Positions 22,901 through 34,087 of a stretch of 64,000 nt of DNA are shown here, one piece after another. A model generated the notes under the pieces. The model was not told the origin of the DNA and did not search any database. It saw nothing but the letters and a program-made list of their open reading frames with translations. How positions within the stretch are numbered: position 1 is the first letter of the stretch; each line of letters begins with the position of its first letter. A program made the translations under genes and the position numbers. The DNA comes from Camelus ferus (Eukaryota), in assembly GCF_009834535.1 (NCBI RefSeq), contig NC_045711.1:18600001-18664000 (forward strand). The letters run 5' to 3'.

Positions 22901-25900
22901 ATGCCCTCTGCAGGGCGTGTTGCTGTTTGTAAGGGCAGGGCTGCTTTTCCAGCCCTGGACAAGGTGTTAGCAATGGGACAGTGGCCACGGAGGTGTGAGG
23001 CTTGGGAACTCAGAGGAGGGGCTGGGAAGCAGGGCGTGTGTCCCCTGCAGGTAGACATCGCTCACCTGGTGTGTGGAGAGCAGCAGACCCTACTCGTGCC
23101 CCGCACAGGCCTTGGGCCCCAAGGCGGGTTACTACCCACTCTGAGCCCCGGTGTCCTCCCCCGGCATCTCCCTCGGGCTGTGAGGCGGGAGGGGACAGAG
23201 GTTCCCTGTGGCTCGTGCAGCCTTGGCAGGTATCCAGGCCGCTGCAGACCGGGGCTGGCTCAGAGAGCGGGGGTGCTGGTGGCGCCCTCCGTGGGTCCTG
23301 AGGGTGGGAGCGCTCAGCCCCCGGCCCTGCGCTGCCGCGGTGGTTTGTGAGTAAGGGGGCCACTCAGTGTCGGAGACCGTGTCCCGCGCAACCACCAGTG
23401 TCTCCTTTCATCACTGAAGACCTTTCTTCGCCAGACGCAAGGCGCCTCCCGACAGTTCCCGGGGGCTGGCGGCTCCAGCCTGACCCCGGCCGTCCTCCCC
23501 AGGTTCTACCTCAGCTGCACAGGCTTCCCGGAGTGCCGGTCGGCTGTGTGGTTCCCCGACACCGTGCTGGAGGCCAGCAGGGATGGGAGTACGTGTCCCG
23601 TGTGTCAGCCGCAGCCCGTTTACAGGTGAGCCAGTGCAGGACGGAGCACGGCTAGGCATCTCCCACGGCCCTAATTCTTTGGCACCTCGGGGGTCGCCCG
23701 GCACCTAACTCTGTTCTCATCCGGTCGCTGCCGTTGTGTGTGTGGAAGCCAGCCCTGGGGGTCCTAGGGGAGCCCACCCTTCCCCTGCCCTCGCCCGCCG
23801 GTTGTGCCGAGGCTGGGGACGGCCGTGTCCAGGAAGCCCAGAGCCCTCGTGGACGCCTCAGTACAGAACTGGTGCTGTCGGAAGTCACGGGGGACCCCAA
23901 AGGGCTCTTCTCGTGGGCTGTGTTTATCAGGCTTCGCCACGTCCTGGAGGGGAGGCGGGAGCTCAGTGGTAGAGCACATGCTAACGTGTACGAGGTCCCC
24001 GGTTCAGGCTCCAGCACCACTGGTAGAAACAAAACAAACACCACAAAGGTTTATGTTCTAAGTGAAAGCAGAGGTATCTTTCAAAACACGCATTAATGTG
24101 TTTATAACATGCAGTGTATATTAACGTCAATAAGCATGTTTTTAGGATAAAATGTACCTATTTTCCAAGGCAAAAAGATAAGAATGCATTGTTTTCCGTT
24201 TTTGCCAGTTTAATCTCTGGCTCCCTAGGAGAGGCGGGGCTCTCACCTGCGCACCTGTAGTCAGCCTGCTGGGTTTACTGCCTGTGCTGGGGCCTCTGGA
24301 GGGTCTAGCGCCCATGCACGGGGCAGCGAGAGCAGAGACGCGCTTCTCAGCCAGTCACCAAGTAGCGTGGCCTTGTGTGGGGCCCGGCGGCCCCCAGAGG
24401 CCCTGGGCCACACCGACTTGCGGGCACAGGAAGAGCCTGTCAGAGGCTCTGCTATTTTGGCCATTAATTGGGGTCTTGGCGTTTACCTCCTCCCACTCTG
24501 CACCCTTGTGACGACCGAGGGGCTGGGGTTGGTGTGCTTGGGTGGGTTTCCTGCGCAGGGGGCTGGCCTGGGAGGCCTGGGGTGGGCCCAGCCCTCCGAG
24601 GGCCAAGGAGACTCTCACACCCCGGTGGATAATGTTTTTTTTATCATTTTCTGGCCTCGCTAGGTTGAAGTTAAAGTTTAAACGTGGCAGCCTTCCCCCG
24701 ACCATGCCTCTGGAGTTTGTTGGCTGCATCGGCGGCTGTGATGAGACCTTGAGGGAGGTCCTGGACCTCAGGTTTTCACGGGGGCCCCCCAGAGCCTCCC
24801 AGCCAGCCCGCCAGCCCCCCGGCTACCTGCAGGCAAGCCAAGCTCTAAACAGAACGGACAGCAACCAGCCCAGCCACCCCCAGCCTCCCGACACCAGGCC
24901 AGCCAGGCCCTCAAGGCCTCTGGCCGGGGCCCTGCTGTCGCCCGCTGCTGGTGGTGACAGCAACTCGGTGACCTGCAACTGTGGCCAGGAGGCGCTGCTG
25001 CTCACTGTGCGGAAGGAGGGGCCCAACCAGGGCCGGCAGTTCTACAAGTGTGGCAGCGGGGGCTGCAGCTTCTTCCTGTGGGCTGACAGCGGCCGGCCAG
25101 ATGCAGGCGGGCCTCCTTCCTCGGCGCCCAGGCCCTGGGGCGGCCCAGGGAACCCCCCGGCGACGCTTGGCAACAGTGGTGGCGGCGCGTCCTGCCTGTG
25201 CAGCCAGCCGGCCGTCACCCGCACGGTGCAGAAGGATGGGCCCAACAGGGGGCGCCAGTTCCACACGTGCGCCAAGCCCCGGGAGCAGCAGTGCGGCTTC
25301 TTCCAGTGGGTGGACGAGAACGTGGCCCCAGGTGAGGCTGCCGGTGCGTTCCGCTGCCCAGGCCTGAGGGGGCGGGCCGGGGGCGCAGGGTCCCTTGCTC
25401 CTCCCCCTTGGTCACTGCCCACAAGGTCTTGGGCACTTGCTGTGTGCCCGGCACTGAGCCATCGCCCTGTTCACGCGTCCTCTTCCGTCACGTAAGCGTC
25501 GTGACTACGGCTGTGCAGACCAGGAAGGTGCACCCCGACTGATGGGGTGACTTGCCTGGGGTCACACAGCCCAAGCCTTGAACGTGGGCTGCCTGATGCC
25601 ACGGCCCGTGCAGCCTTTGTGAACCTGTGGGGTCTATACCGTGAGCCTCGTTTCTTACGGTGAAGGCCCTGGCCCTGATGTCGAGAACCTGCCCCAGGTT
25701 ACAGAGCTTGGGCCAGGGCCCCAGAAGTGGGGAGAGCAGCCACTTGGACACCAGGTCAGCGTAGATGATACACCTGGAGGCACCTGCTCCCCCGGGACAC
25801 AGCGGATGCCTCACCGCACATCTAAGGGTGACCGAGAGGCCTGGTGGGATCTTTGTGGTGAGACAAGGCTGTTTCCCAGGCTGCATGTGTGACCTTGAAC

Positions 25901-26397
25901 GGATGGCTTTTCAGCCTGTTTCTGCAATAGGATGGGCGCCTCCCTGCCTCTCTTGGAGTCCCTGTTCACTTAGTGTCAGACTGTGGTTCTGGTGCACGTG
26001 TCGCCACGGTCGTTTGTCAGCCCCGCAATGCCTGGAGGCATCGGGGTTCCTGCAGGGAAGGCAGAAGCAGTGCCGCCTCTGCACGCCCTCAGGCAGCTGC
26101 TGGCGGGGGGCCCCCCTCCCTGGGGCAGTGCGCCGTGAGGCTGTCAGGGCTCAGGGTCTGTCTGGACGGCCGCGGGGGGCCCTGCTACACTCATCCTTGC
26201 CCCCCGCTCTCCCCACAGGGACTTTGGGAGGCCCAACCTGGTCAGGAGGTGGAGGAAGAACCCAGGGGCCGGAGGCCAGAAGCAAGAGAGCCCGGGCCGG
26301 TTCCTTAGACGCGGGGTCCGTGGCCAAGAAGCCCCGGAAATGCAGCCTTTGTCGCCAGCCTGGGCACACCCGCCCCTTCTGTCCCCAGAACAGATGA
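4223..26397 (+). CDS. TOP3A: DNA topoisomerase III alpha (type IA), 19 exons, 996 aa
   Basis: Exons: 4223-4402, 9612-9671, 10533-10606, 11383-11458, 12156-12264, 13503-13646, 13750-13920, 14148-14248, 15700-15774, 16899-16981, 17774-17981, 19060-19245, 19399-19528, 21805-21918, 22007-22172, 22715-22858, 23503-23625, 24664-25331, 26219-26397. All GT-AG; sum 2991 nt with no internal stop. TOPRIM (VAEK; WTDCDREGE), catalytic GYISYPRT (Tyr362 codon 17784-17786), C4 zinc fingers, two GRF zinc fingers and a C-terminal CCHC knuckle. Met1 at 4223 precedes an Arg-rich leader; Met26 at 4298 is in GCCGCCATGG. Confidence 0.98.
5250..7110 (-). mobile_element. Old, degenerate LINE-1 fragment (3' ORF2 and 3' UTR) in TOP3A intron 1
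   Basis: Minus-strand translation gives ORF2/RT remnants ([18 protein letters not shown]; [20 protein letters not shown]). The RT FADD motif has decayed and there are many frameshifts. Boundaries approximate. Confidence 0.85.
10120..10430 (-). mobile_element. Old L1 3'-end fragment
   Basis: Motifs such as ttagagcaatgttaggttcagaacaaaattgagaggaaggtacaga resemble antisense L1M 3' UTR. Subfamily not assignable. Confidence 0.5.
10719..11026 (+). mobile_element. MaLR (MLT1-type) solo LTR
   Basis: TG...CA termini. 5-bp direct repeat GTGAC on both sides (10714-10718, 11027-11031). MLT1-like motifs ggctgctgtgacaaaacatcacacaccaggtggctt and gaatttggggg...gaccatagca. Confidence 0.8.
12241..12385 (+). 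repeat. Three-copy tandem repeat (39/53/53 nt) of the TOP3A exon 5 end and its 5' splice site
   Basis: Copies start at 12241, 12280 and 12333 with core AGATTA(T/C)CCA(C/T)GTGTG(C/T)(A/G)GGGCCG(G/A)TGAGT...(A/G)TCTGTGCC. Confidence 0.95.
12915..13290 (-). mobile_element. L1 3' terminus with tail-derived (TTTC/TTCC)n tract
   Basis: Pyrimidine microsatellite ~12915-12962 followed by a typical antisense L1 3' end (gatgtatagttgatgtacagggttgtgttagtctctggcgtacagc...tatagctccctgtgctgcacagt). Confidence 0.65.
20860..21480 (-). mobile_element. Old L1 3' fragment in TOP3A intron 13
   Basis: Minus-strand translation resembles the ORF2 C-terminus and 3' UTR ([13 protein letters not shown]...WEDGMA-like; KRWKQP-like segments). 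Confidence 0.7.
23948..24045 (+). mobile_element. tRNA-derived SINE, Vic-1-like
   Basis: GGGGAGGCGGGAGCTCAGTGGTAGAGCACATGCT...GGTTCAGGCTCCAGCACC with A box (~23960-23974), B-box-like motif (24001-24012) and an A-rich (AAAC)n tail. Family assignment from recall of the consensus. Confidence 0.7.
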
Positions 26398-26814
26398 GGC
26401 CAGGGTGGGGGCCAGAGAGCCACTTCCTCCACCTGCCCCTTCCATCTCCAGAAGTGGTGGCTCCTGAAGTCTGGCCTATATGCTAAGAAGTCGAGATCCA
26501 GACCACGGTCTTGAGAAGTGGCCCTCTGCCTGGGGCTCAGGAACAGCCGTGGCCCCTGCCGAGAAGTCATGGAAGCTGCTCCTGTGGTCCCCTGGGGGCT
26601 GTGCTGTTAGCGCGTTGGCAAAAGTCAGCGCGCCCAGCAGCTGAGCCTGCAGCCTGGGGCTGGGTGGCCTGCAAGGGGCCTCCCTCCACAGACGTCCCGA
26701 GAGGGGACAACGCCAGGCAGTGGCTCTTGTTCTGAAGCTGCGCCCACAGAAGCAGGTTCATTCCTCTTTATCTGGGAGCTGCTGCGGCCAGGACGCCCGC
26801 AGCTCGTGTGCCTT

Positions 26815-26820
26815 AATAAA
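26815..26820 (+). terminator. TOP3A polyadenylation signal
   Basis: AATAAA ~420 nt after the TGA. Confidence 0.75.
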
Positions 26821-27439
26821 GGATTCTGCCCCTTGACCCCAGCGGGTGACAGTGTGGCGTCTGGTGAATATTGGCAGGAGCCATGGGTACGGACGTCACC
26901 CAGAGCCTGGCGGCCCTCCCGCCGTCTGCTGGCCCACATGGCCTCCCTCAGCCCGGCCCCGCTCCCTGTCCACGTGGTCAGCAGTGAGTCCGGCTCTCCC
27001 GGCCCCACCGTGGTCCTGTGGGTCAGAGAGGAGCCGGTGTGAGATTCAGATCTCTCCACATCGTGCAGAGCCTGCCACACGCCTCATGTGCCCTCACAAA
27101 ACCTCGGGAACAATACGTAGCCATGTTGGCTTCGTTCTGTGGTTTAGACAACACACAGGAATAGGCTGTGAGTTGCGCAGTCATGTTGCTCGTGGGTGAA
27201 GCAATGAACTATCCTCAGGCCTTGGGACTCCAGGCTCCTACCCTTCCTGGATACCAGCACTCCACCCTGGCTGGACAGCAGGATGCCTGGACTCGCTCCA
27301 GGAGCGTCTGGTCGGTGGGTGTGGGTCACGGCCCTGCGGCCCAGCCTGCTCCATCTCCGTGGTTTCACCTCTTCTGAATGTTCCGTATATATGGAGCCAT
27401 ATGGGACGTGGCCCCGTGTCTGCTGCTTCCTCTGGGCAT

Positions 27440-27910
27440 CATGTCTTCCAGGGTCACCCCTGTGGTCCTGTGTTCAGTGCTCTGTCCTTTCTATGACTGA
27501 GTGATGTTCCATGGTGTGGCTGGACCACAATTTGTTCATCTGTTCTTCAGTTGATGGACACTTGGGCTGTTTCCACCTCCCAGCTGTCATGAGCAGTGTT
27601 GCTATAAACCTCGTACAAGCGTTTAAACACCTGTCGTGTTCCTTTAGGTCCGTACCTAGGAGCGGAGTTGCTGGGTCACGAGAGTCTGTGTTTACCTTTT
27701 GAAGAAGCACTAAACTTCCACGGCAGCTGCACCGTTTTGCATTCTCAGCGGCCCTGTGAGAGGGCTCCTGTTTTTTCACATCCTTGCCCACACTTATCTC
27801 CCGTTTATTCCTTTTTTAAAAAAAGTTTTGGCCATCCTGGTGGGTGTGCAGTGCTGTCTCGTGGTTTGGGCTTGTTTTCCGTAACGGCGGTAGATGTCAC
27901 ACATCCTTTG
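27440..27910 (-). mobile_element. Old L1 3' fragment
   Basis: Minus-strand translation MGKDVKKQEPSHRAAENAK...GRWKQPKCPSTEEQMNKLW matches the L1 ORF2 C-terminal region. Confidence 0.8.
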
Positions 27911-28349
27911 GGTGCTTCTCTGGCCTTTGGATTTCAGTCCCGCCTCTGAGCACAGCCCCTCCCTTCTCAGCATTAACCACGAGGCTTCCATGGGGGAACA
28001 GGCTCCTTCCTTTTTGCCCCTGGCTGTGCCCACACACCCTCCAGCCCCTTCAGCTGTCTCCATGCGGCCAGCCCCCATCCTCTCGAGTCTGTCGCCTGAA
28101 GCCCCAGTGTTGGCACCCAGACCCCACACACCTGCAGATGCACACCTTGGGCTGGGTGTGTGGTGGGCTGGCCCGGGCCGGGTGTGCTGGTCTCTGTTCT
28201 GCACATCGGCCGCTGTGCGCTCCTCCGAGCCCGGGGCTCCCTCTGCCCCTGCTGGGCGCCCTGAGCTCCCTGCCGGTGGACGGGCCTTCAGGGTGAGGCC
28301 CTGTTCCCCTCTCATCCCCCTCCCGGGGGCGCAGGTCCCGTCCCGATTC

Positions 28350-28620
28350 TTTTTTCCTTTGTCCTACCTGGTTACCTGGTGATCTTTCCTGCAGTTTTGG
28401 TTTTATGAGATTTCTTGCCAGTACTCAGCAGGAGTTCTGTGAAAACTGTTCCCCGTGTGGGTGTATTTCTGGTGTATCTGTGGGAGGCGGTGAGCTCAGC
28501 ATCCTCCCGTTCCACTGTCTGGATCCAGCCCCTCGCCTGTCTTCCAGGCGTTGGTGTGTTTGGTGTTGAGTTGCAGGGTGCTAGACGCACTTGTGGATTT
28601 TAATCTTCCTGCCGGTATCT
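28350..28620 (-). mobile_element. Possible old L1 5'-region fragment
   Basis: gtgtatctgtgggaggcggtgagctcagcatcctcccgttccactgtctgg resembles antisense L1M 5' ends. Confidence 0.4.
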
Positions 28621-31394
28621 CCTGTGTGCTCAGGGCCAGGACTGCTGGACGAGATAGGGCCAAGAGCAGCCCCCGAGGGTCTGCCTGCCCACCGCCTGCT
28701 ATGCCTTCGCCACTCGAAGCTGTGCGGGGGTCCCCTCGCGACAGCGGGGCTCAGTGCAGAGAGAAATGGGCCTTCCCAGCTGATGACACTGGGACAGTCT
28801 GAGCTGCCCACTCCCGAGCCCTGGGTGCCCTTGGGTTCACGCAGCGCTGCTGTCTCCCAGCCCCCCTGCAGGGAACAGGCTGCAAAGGTGAACGCCGCCC
28901 TCTGAGCAGCTGAGCCGGGACTGGGGCGACGTCTTGGGACACTATGTGGAGGCCCCGCTCCCCTCGGGGTGAGTCGCCTCTGCCTCCGGGTCCTCAGACC
29001 CCAGGATCACAGGAGGTCCAGTTCAGCTCGCAGGCAGGAGAGGCCGTGGTGCACCAGCAGCGTTCGTGCTGGGAGGGCCACTGGGTCAGCCTGGAAAGTT
29101 CGCTGTGAGGTCACATAAGCAAATATGCCTGAGCCCCAGCAGTCTGACCTGCTGTGTCAGGAAACGGGCAGCAGTACCAGGAGGACCCAAACCACGTCCA
29201 GAGCCATCGTGCTGGCCTGGTCGCAGCCTGGGGTTGGTCACCATGCCTCAGCGTGTGTCCTCAATGAACTAGGTGCAACCAAACTGTAACGTTACTGGGT
29301 CTTTTTTTAAAAGGTTATCTTTATTTTTCTGATTACAAAAGAGAAACGCAAAGGTGTCAGACTTCTGTGACATACCAGGTTGAAGGCCACTTGTCTTGAA
29401 GGGACGCAGGCAGATGTAGGGCAGGGGCCCTGGCTTAGGGGCTGCTGGGTGAGCAGTGACCTGACCCCGGGCCCTCCCTGTCCCCAGAGGAGGTGCCCGC
29501 AGGCTCTAAGGCTCAGCTCAGTCCCAGGCTGGAGGGGAAGGGACCTTTGGGATCAGAAGTCAGGAAGGGCTTTCCTCGTGCAGCTTGTCCACCAGCTGGG
29601 GCGGGTCTCCAGACAGCCTGGCCTGAAGATCTCCGAACCAGGTGGGGTCTCCCAAGAGGAGGCTCGGGAGCAGGTGTTGCAGCCGCCTTTCCCGTCCTGC
29701 TGCAGCCCGGCCGGTCGGGGCCCTGGTACTTTGGGGCTGGTTTTCCGGCCTGCTGACTGCAGCCCCCCAGGTTTGGCAAGATGTCTGGGACCCTGAACCA
29801 CCCGTGAGCACTCGCCACACCGACAGCCTCCAGCAAGAAAGCTCGTGCGGGCTTTCGTCAGGGCCTCTTCTGTTCAGTGGCCGCACAGCCTGAGCCCACA
29901 GGACAGGCCAGCTGTGCGGGAGGGCTGGGCTGCAGCTGAGCTGTCCTGCGGGGCTGTGCTCGGGAGCAGATGCCCAGAAGTCTGTCTTCTGTACCTAAGC
30001 TTGAGGCGTGTTAGGGTGGAGAAGACACAGATGGTGCCTTGTAAATCAGCTTCTGCTTGCTGCTTTGGGGTCACTTCTCTCATCCACATGGGCCGCCAGG
30101 CCACTCTGGCAGGTGGCATCACCACCACGCTCCCGACTCCTGGTCACACGTAAAGCCAAGGACGAAGGTTGCCTGGCTTTGCACCCCAGCCGAAGGGCCT
30201 GCCGCGCTGAGTTGGAACCAGCCTTTGTTACAAGGGAGACGACGACACAGCAGCGGCCCCACACAGCTAGCCTGGCACCCAGGAGCCCACGGGAGGCCCC
30301 GACGGGACGGCGGGTCTGGGCCTGTGCCGGACGCTGGCCTTGTCAGGGGTCTCTCCACAAGCATCTGGCTTCTTCCTTAGTCCATGCTGGCTTTTTCTTA
30401 CTGAAATCATGGTGTGAGGGGAAACTGAAGCATGAGGCTGCCACAGGGTCCCACGTGTGGGGTCGGATCATCTAAGCAGGGCTGACCCCAGTGCGTCTCA
30501 TCTGCTCCCCGGCCAGGCCTTCACCAGTCAGCACCCGAGGCCCCCGCCCCCCGTCAGACACAGGCCTGCAGGGGGAGCCCTGACCGCCTGGGTGTCTGGT
30601 CCGAGAGCTCTGGTTTGGGGGCAGTTCACCTTGTGCCAGGCTCCCACTGCCACTCTGGAACCACTTTATAGGGGAGAAGGCCACGGCTGCCTCTGTCTCC
30701 AGCCTGTCCCCTGGCTGACCCTCCACTGCTCACAGCTGTGTGCCAAGAGCACTCAGGGAAGCCAGTCTCCCTCCTTCTGACCCCCTGTGGAGCCTGGCAG
30801 AGTGCCCCCGAGGCAGAGCCCTCTGCCCTGCACAGGCAGGTAGGTACACACGAGCATCTCGTCTGCCCTGTGCGCCGGCCCTCGTATGAAGGGGGTCTCC
30901 TTGGTGTACATGGGGTGGAGGAAGAAGCCAGAGGGCCCTGGCACAGCGGTGGGGCCTCAGCCCAAGTGCCCCAAGCCCTCCCCAGGCCTCACCTGCCATC
31001 TGTGGTGACAAGTGAGCCCAGCCACCGTTCCTGTGGGGACAGACACACTTGCTGCCCTACCTGTGCACGTCAGGGAGCCTGCCCTCGACTTGTGGGGTCA
31101 CGTTTCTCTGCCACCCCACAAGGCTGGCCTGAAGGGCTCCGGGCAGCGCCTCCCATCCTAGGAAGCACAGGGGTCAGGCTTCCGGGAAGAAACGAGACCC
31201 CAGCCAGCCTGTTCCTGTGACTATAGCAACACTGTCACCTCCAGGAACCGTGTAACATTCTAGCTCCACAGAATCCACTTTTCCACTGAAATCCATCTCC
31301 TCCAGGCTGAGCCCGAGCCCCTCCAGTGAGATTACAGAACTGGAACATTGCATGTAAGAGCCCAGTGTGTCCTACGGATGCTTAAGTTTTTGCT

Positions 31395-31400
31395 TTTATT
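31395..31400 (-). terminator. Candidate MIEF2 polyadenylation signal
   Basis: TTTATT on plus (AATAAA on minus), ~690 nt after the MIEF2 stop. Confidence 0.6.
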
Positions 31401-32087
31401 CTTGTTCACAGTTCTCGAGGCATAGCTTTGCTTCAGGAGGAAGGACACCAGAGACAGGAGATAAGCCCAGGAGGAGAGGCAGGCCCCTCCCCAGCCCCTC
31501 TCCCCTGCCAGGCCTCAGGGCGAGCACAGGGTCAGCTAGCGAAGCTGGTATTGGCACCGCAGGGCGGGCCCAGCAGGGCCAGGGGACACCCTCTGCTCGG
31601 GGCCCAGTGGGTGGCACAGAGAACTTCAGCTCAGGACCCGCGCAGCCGTGGCAGCGGGGGTGGGGGGGGGAGGCGGGGAGGCCTTCCCCGAGGTGTGACG
31701 TGAGAGCCCCCGCTCCAGCTACAGAGCTGGGCCAGCAAACCGGACACACGCGGCCTTTCAATCAGACGAAAGCTGCATTCCGCGGGTTCTAGGCAACTCC
31801 GGCCCTTGGGGGACGAAACACACACAGCGTCCACCGAGGCTGGCACCCGAGGAAAGCAGGACTCCCTCCGGACAGAAAATCAGAGTGGCCTTATCCCGTG
31901 CCTAGGACGGTAGGAGCTTTGTTCTGTCTGCGGATTCCCTGCTGGTGATGAGGCCCCAGGGTCGGCCCCGAGGCCGGGTGGGGGCAAGCGGGGCCCCGCT
32001 CAGGCCTCCCACAACACGAGCTAAGCCAGCCTCTGGCTAAAAGCAGGAGAAAGGTGCTCTGGAACCCCTGGAGGGAGCATGCGCAGC

Positions 32088-34087
32088 TCACCAGCGTTCG
32101 TGCCCCACGCCCCCCCAGAGCAGCCCCTCGGGGGCCTGCAGGCCACAGTACAGGGCGTAGCCCAGGTCCTCGACTTCCTCCTCCCGCAGGCCGTCCAGCA
32201 GGTTCACGCAGGGGTTGAAGTGGCAGGGCAGGCTGGCCTGCTCCAGGCTGCCAATGAGCAGCTCCAGGGCCTGCAGGAAGCGCTCCCCCAGTGCCTCCTC
32301 AGCCCAGTCCGCCTCCTCCTCCCCCAGGCGCAGAACCACCTGGGTCAGGTGGCTGCGACCCAGCCGCCACAGGACAGAGTGGCCACGGCAGACACCGCAG
32401 AGCAACAGCAGCAGCCGCCGGCGGGTCCCAGTGTCACCAGCATCCAGGGCCCGCAGCCTGGCGGCCTCCGCCGGGTACAAGTCCTGCAGCCAGAGGTTCC
32501 CTGCCAGCCCCTCCAGGGGCCAGGCCAGCAGGAGGCGGTCTCCGGCCTGGGCCCCGGTGACGGCCAGGAGCACAGCCACGGTGAGCTCCAGGCGCTCGTG
32601 CTGCACCTCGAGCAGCAGCTCCTCTGAGGCCACGCGGGGCCGAATCAGGCACCCGAGCAGGCTGCCGATGGCCGGCCAGTTGACGGAGGCGGTGAGGGCC
32701 TTGCGGAGCAGCTCCAGCAGGACCCGGGAGGAAAGGTAGCCGCCTACCAGGAAGCGGTCCCAGGGGCTGCTCCCCCGGGGGCGGAACTCCAGCTGAGTCC
32801 TGCGCACCGCCCAGCAGCGAGGGTCCCTGGCCACAGTGTCCGTGCCAAGCACCAGGCTCCACAGGCCTGGCTCCAGGGCCAGGGGCACCAGGAGGCGCAC
32901 AGGGTCGGCAGCCCCCGCCTGCAGCCCGTCAAAGAGTGGCCCGCCGGGCACGACCGCCCCAAAGGGCAGTGCGGGGAACTTGCTTCGCAGGTAGGCCTGC
33001 AGCTCCAGAGCAACATCGCCAGCCAGCTGTTTGGCCAGAGCCACATGGGCCACGGGGATGGTCACGTGGTCCTGCTCAAATGCCAGCAGCTTCTCCTGGA
33101 ACGTCAGGCACGGCGGTGCGGGGGAGCTGAGCCGAGGCGCCCCTGGAGCATCTGCACCTGCGGGCCCTGCTGGGAGGAAGGGGCCGGGGACCAGGTCAGG
33201 GGCCGTCACCAGCCAAGAGAGCTCTGCCCAGTTACTAGCTGCGTCCCTCCCTGGTAATGACACCTGAGAATGCCCTTAGCCAGATCCTCACGGACAGCAG
33301 GGCTCTGAGGCCGAGCCTGCTTCACAGAGGGTGGGAGACAGGCTCCAGGCCTTAGTGTCCCCATCTGAGGCCCCCCCCACCATCAGAACGCTGCCACCCA
33401 CCATGGCCCACACATCCTGGTGGCCTCAGTGCCACCCAGGAGGTAGAAGAACAGAGAAACACACCATTAAACATGCAGGAACCTGCGTGGTCATGCTGTC
33501 AGTCAGTGGCAGAGCCTGGGCCGCATCTCCTGAATGTGACCACCAAAGGGAGGCCCATCCAGGGCAGACGAGAAGGAGTGCCGCTCACCTGGGGTGGAGG
33601 GTGAGGGGGCCGGGAGTGGCGTGGGCTGGCTGAGGGCAGCAGGTGGGGGCCGTGGCTGGAGGTGTGGCGTGGCCTTGAGCAGGCTCAGTTCCTTCCAGCT
33701 GTCCTCCAGACATGTGGCGTCCCCCTTGACATCATCCTCGTCCCGAGAGCTGGTGGCCCTGTCGATGAGCTGCAGACAGAGGGACACGGACAAGAGCGTC
33801 TAAGGCCTGGGTGGCCACAGCAAAGCCAAGGGCAGAGCAAACCAGGCCGCTGGGGTGGAGCCAGCTGCAGCCTCGGGCAGCCCCACTACCCCTGGCCCTG
33901 CCTGGGGAGCCCCAGGGTCCTCAGGCCACGCCAGCCTTACCCGTTTCACAGCCAGGGTGGCGATGCCCAGCACGGCAGCCCCGCCCACACCCAGCACCAG
34001 GCGGGCGTTGGCCAGGAGAAAGTCCACAGCGCCACCCAGCACCTCACCATCCCGCCGCTTGCCCCGATTCTGGGAGAGCTCCGCCAT
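32088..34087 (-). CDS. MIEF2: Mitochondrial elongation factor 2 (MiD49/SMCR7), DRP1 adaptor; 3 coding exons, 469 aa
   Basis: Coding exons 34087-33941 (MAELSQNRGKRR...transmembrane LVLGVGGAAVLGIATLAVKR), 33769-33589 and 33169-32088 (nucleotidyltransferase-like fold). GT-AG junctions and phases consistent. Exon 2 acceptor at 34099/34098. Confidence 0.96.

Noticed and set aside
26400-32000. Hidden gene between TOP3A and MIEF2
   Set aside because: Only short ORFs without homology, plus UTRs and L1 debris; no coherent exon chain found.
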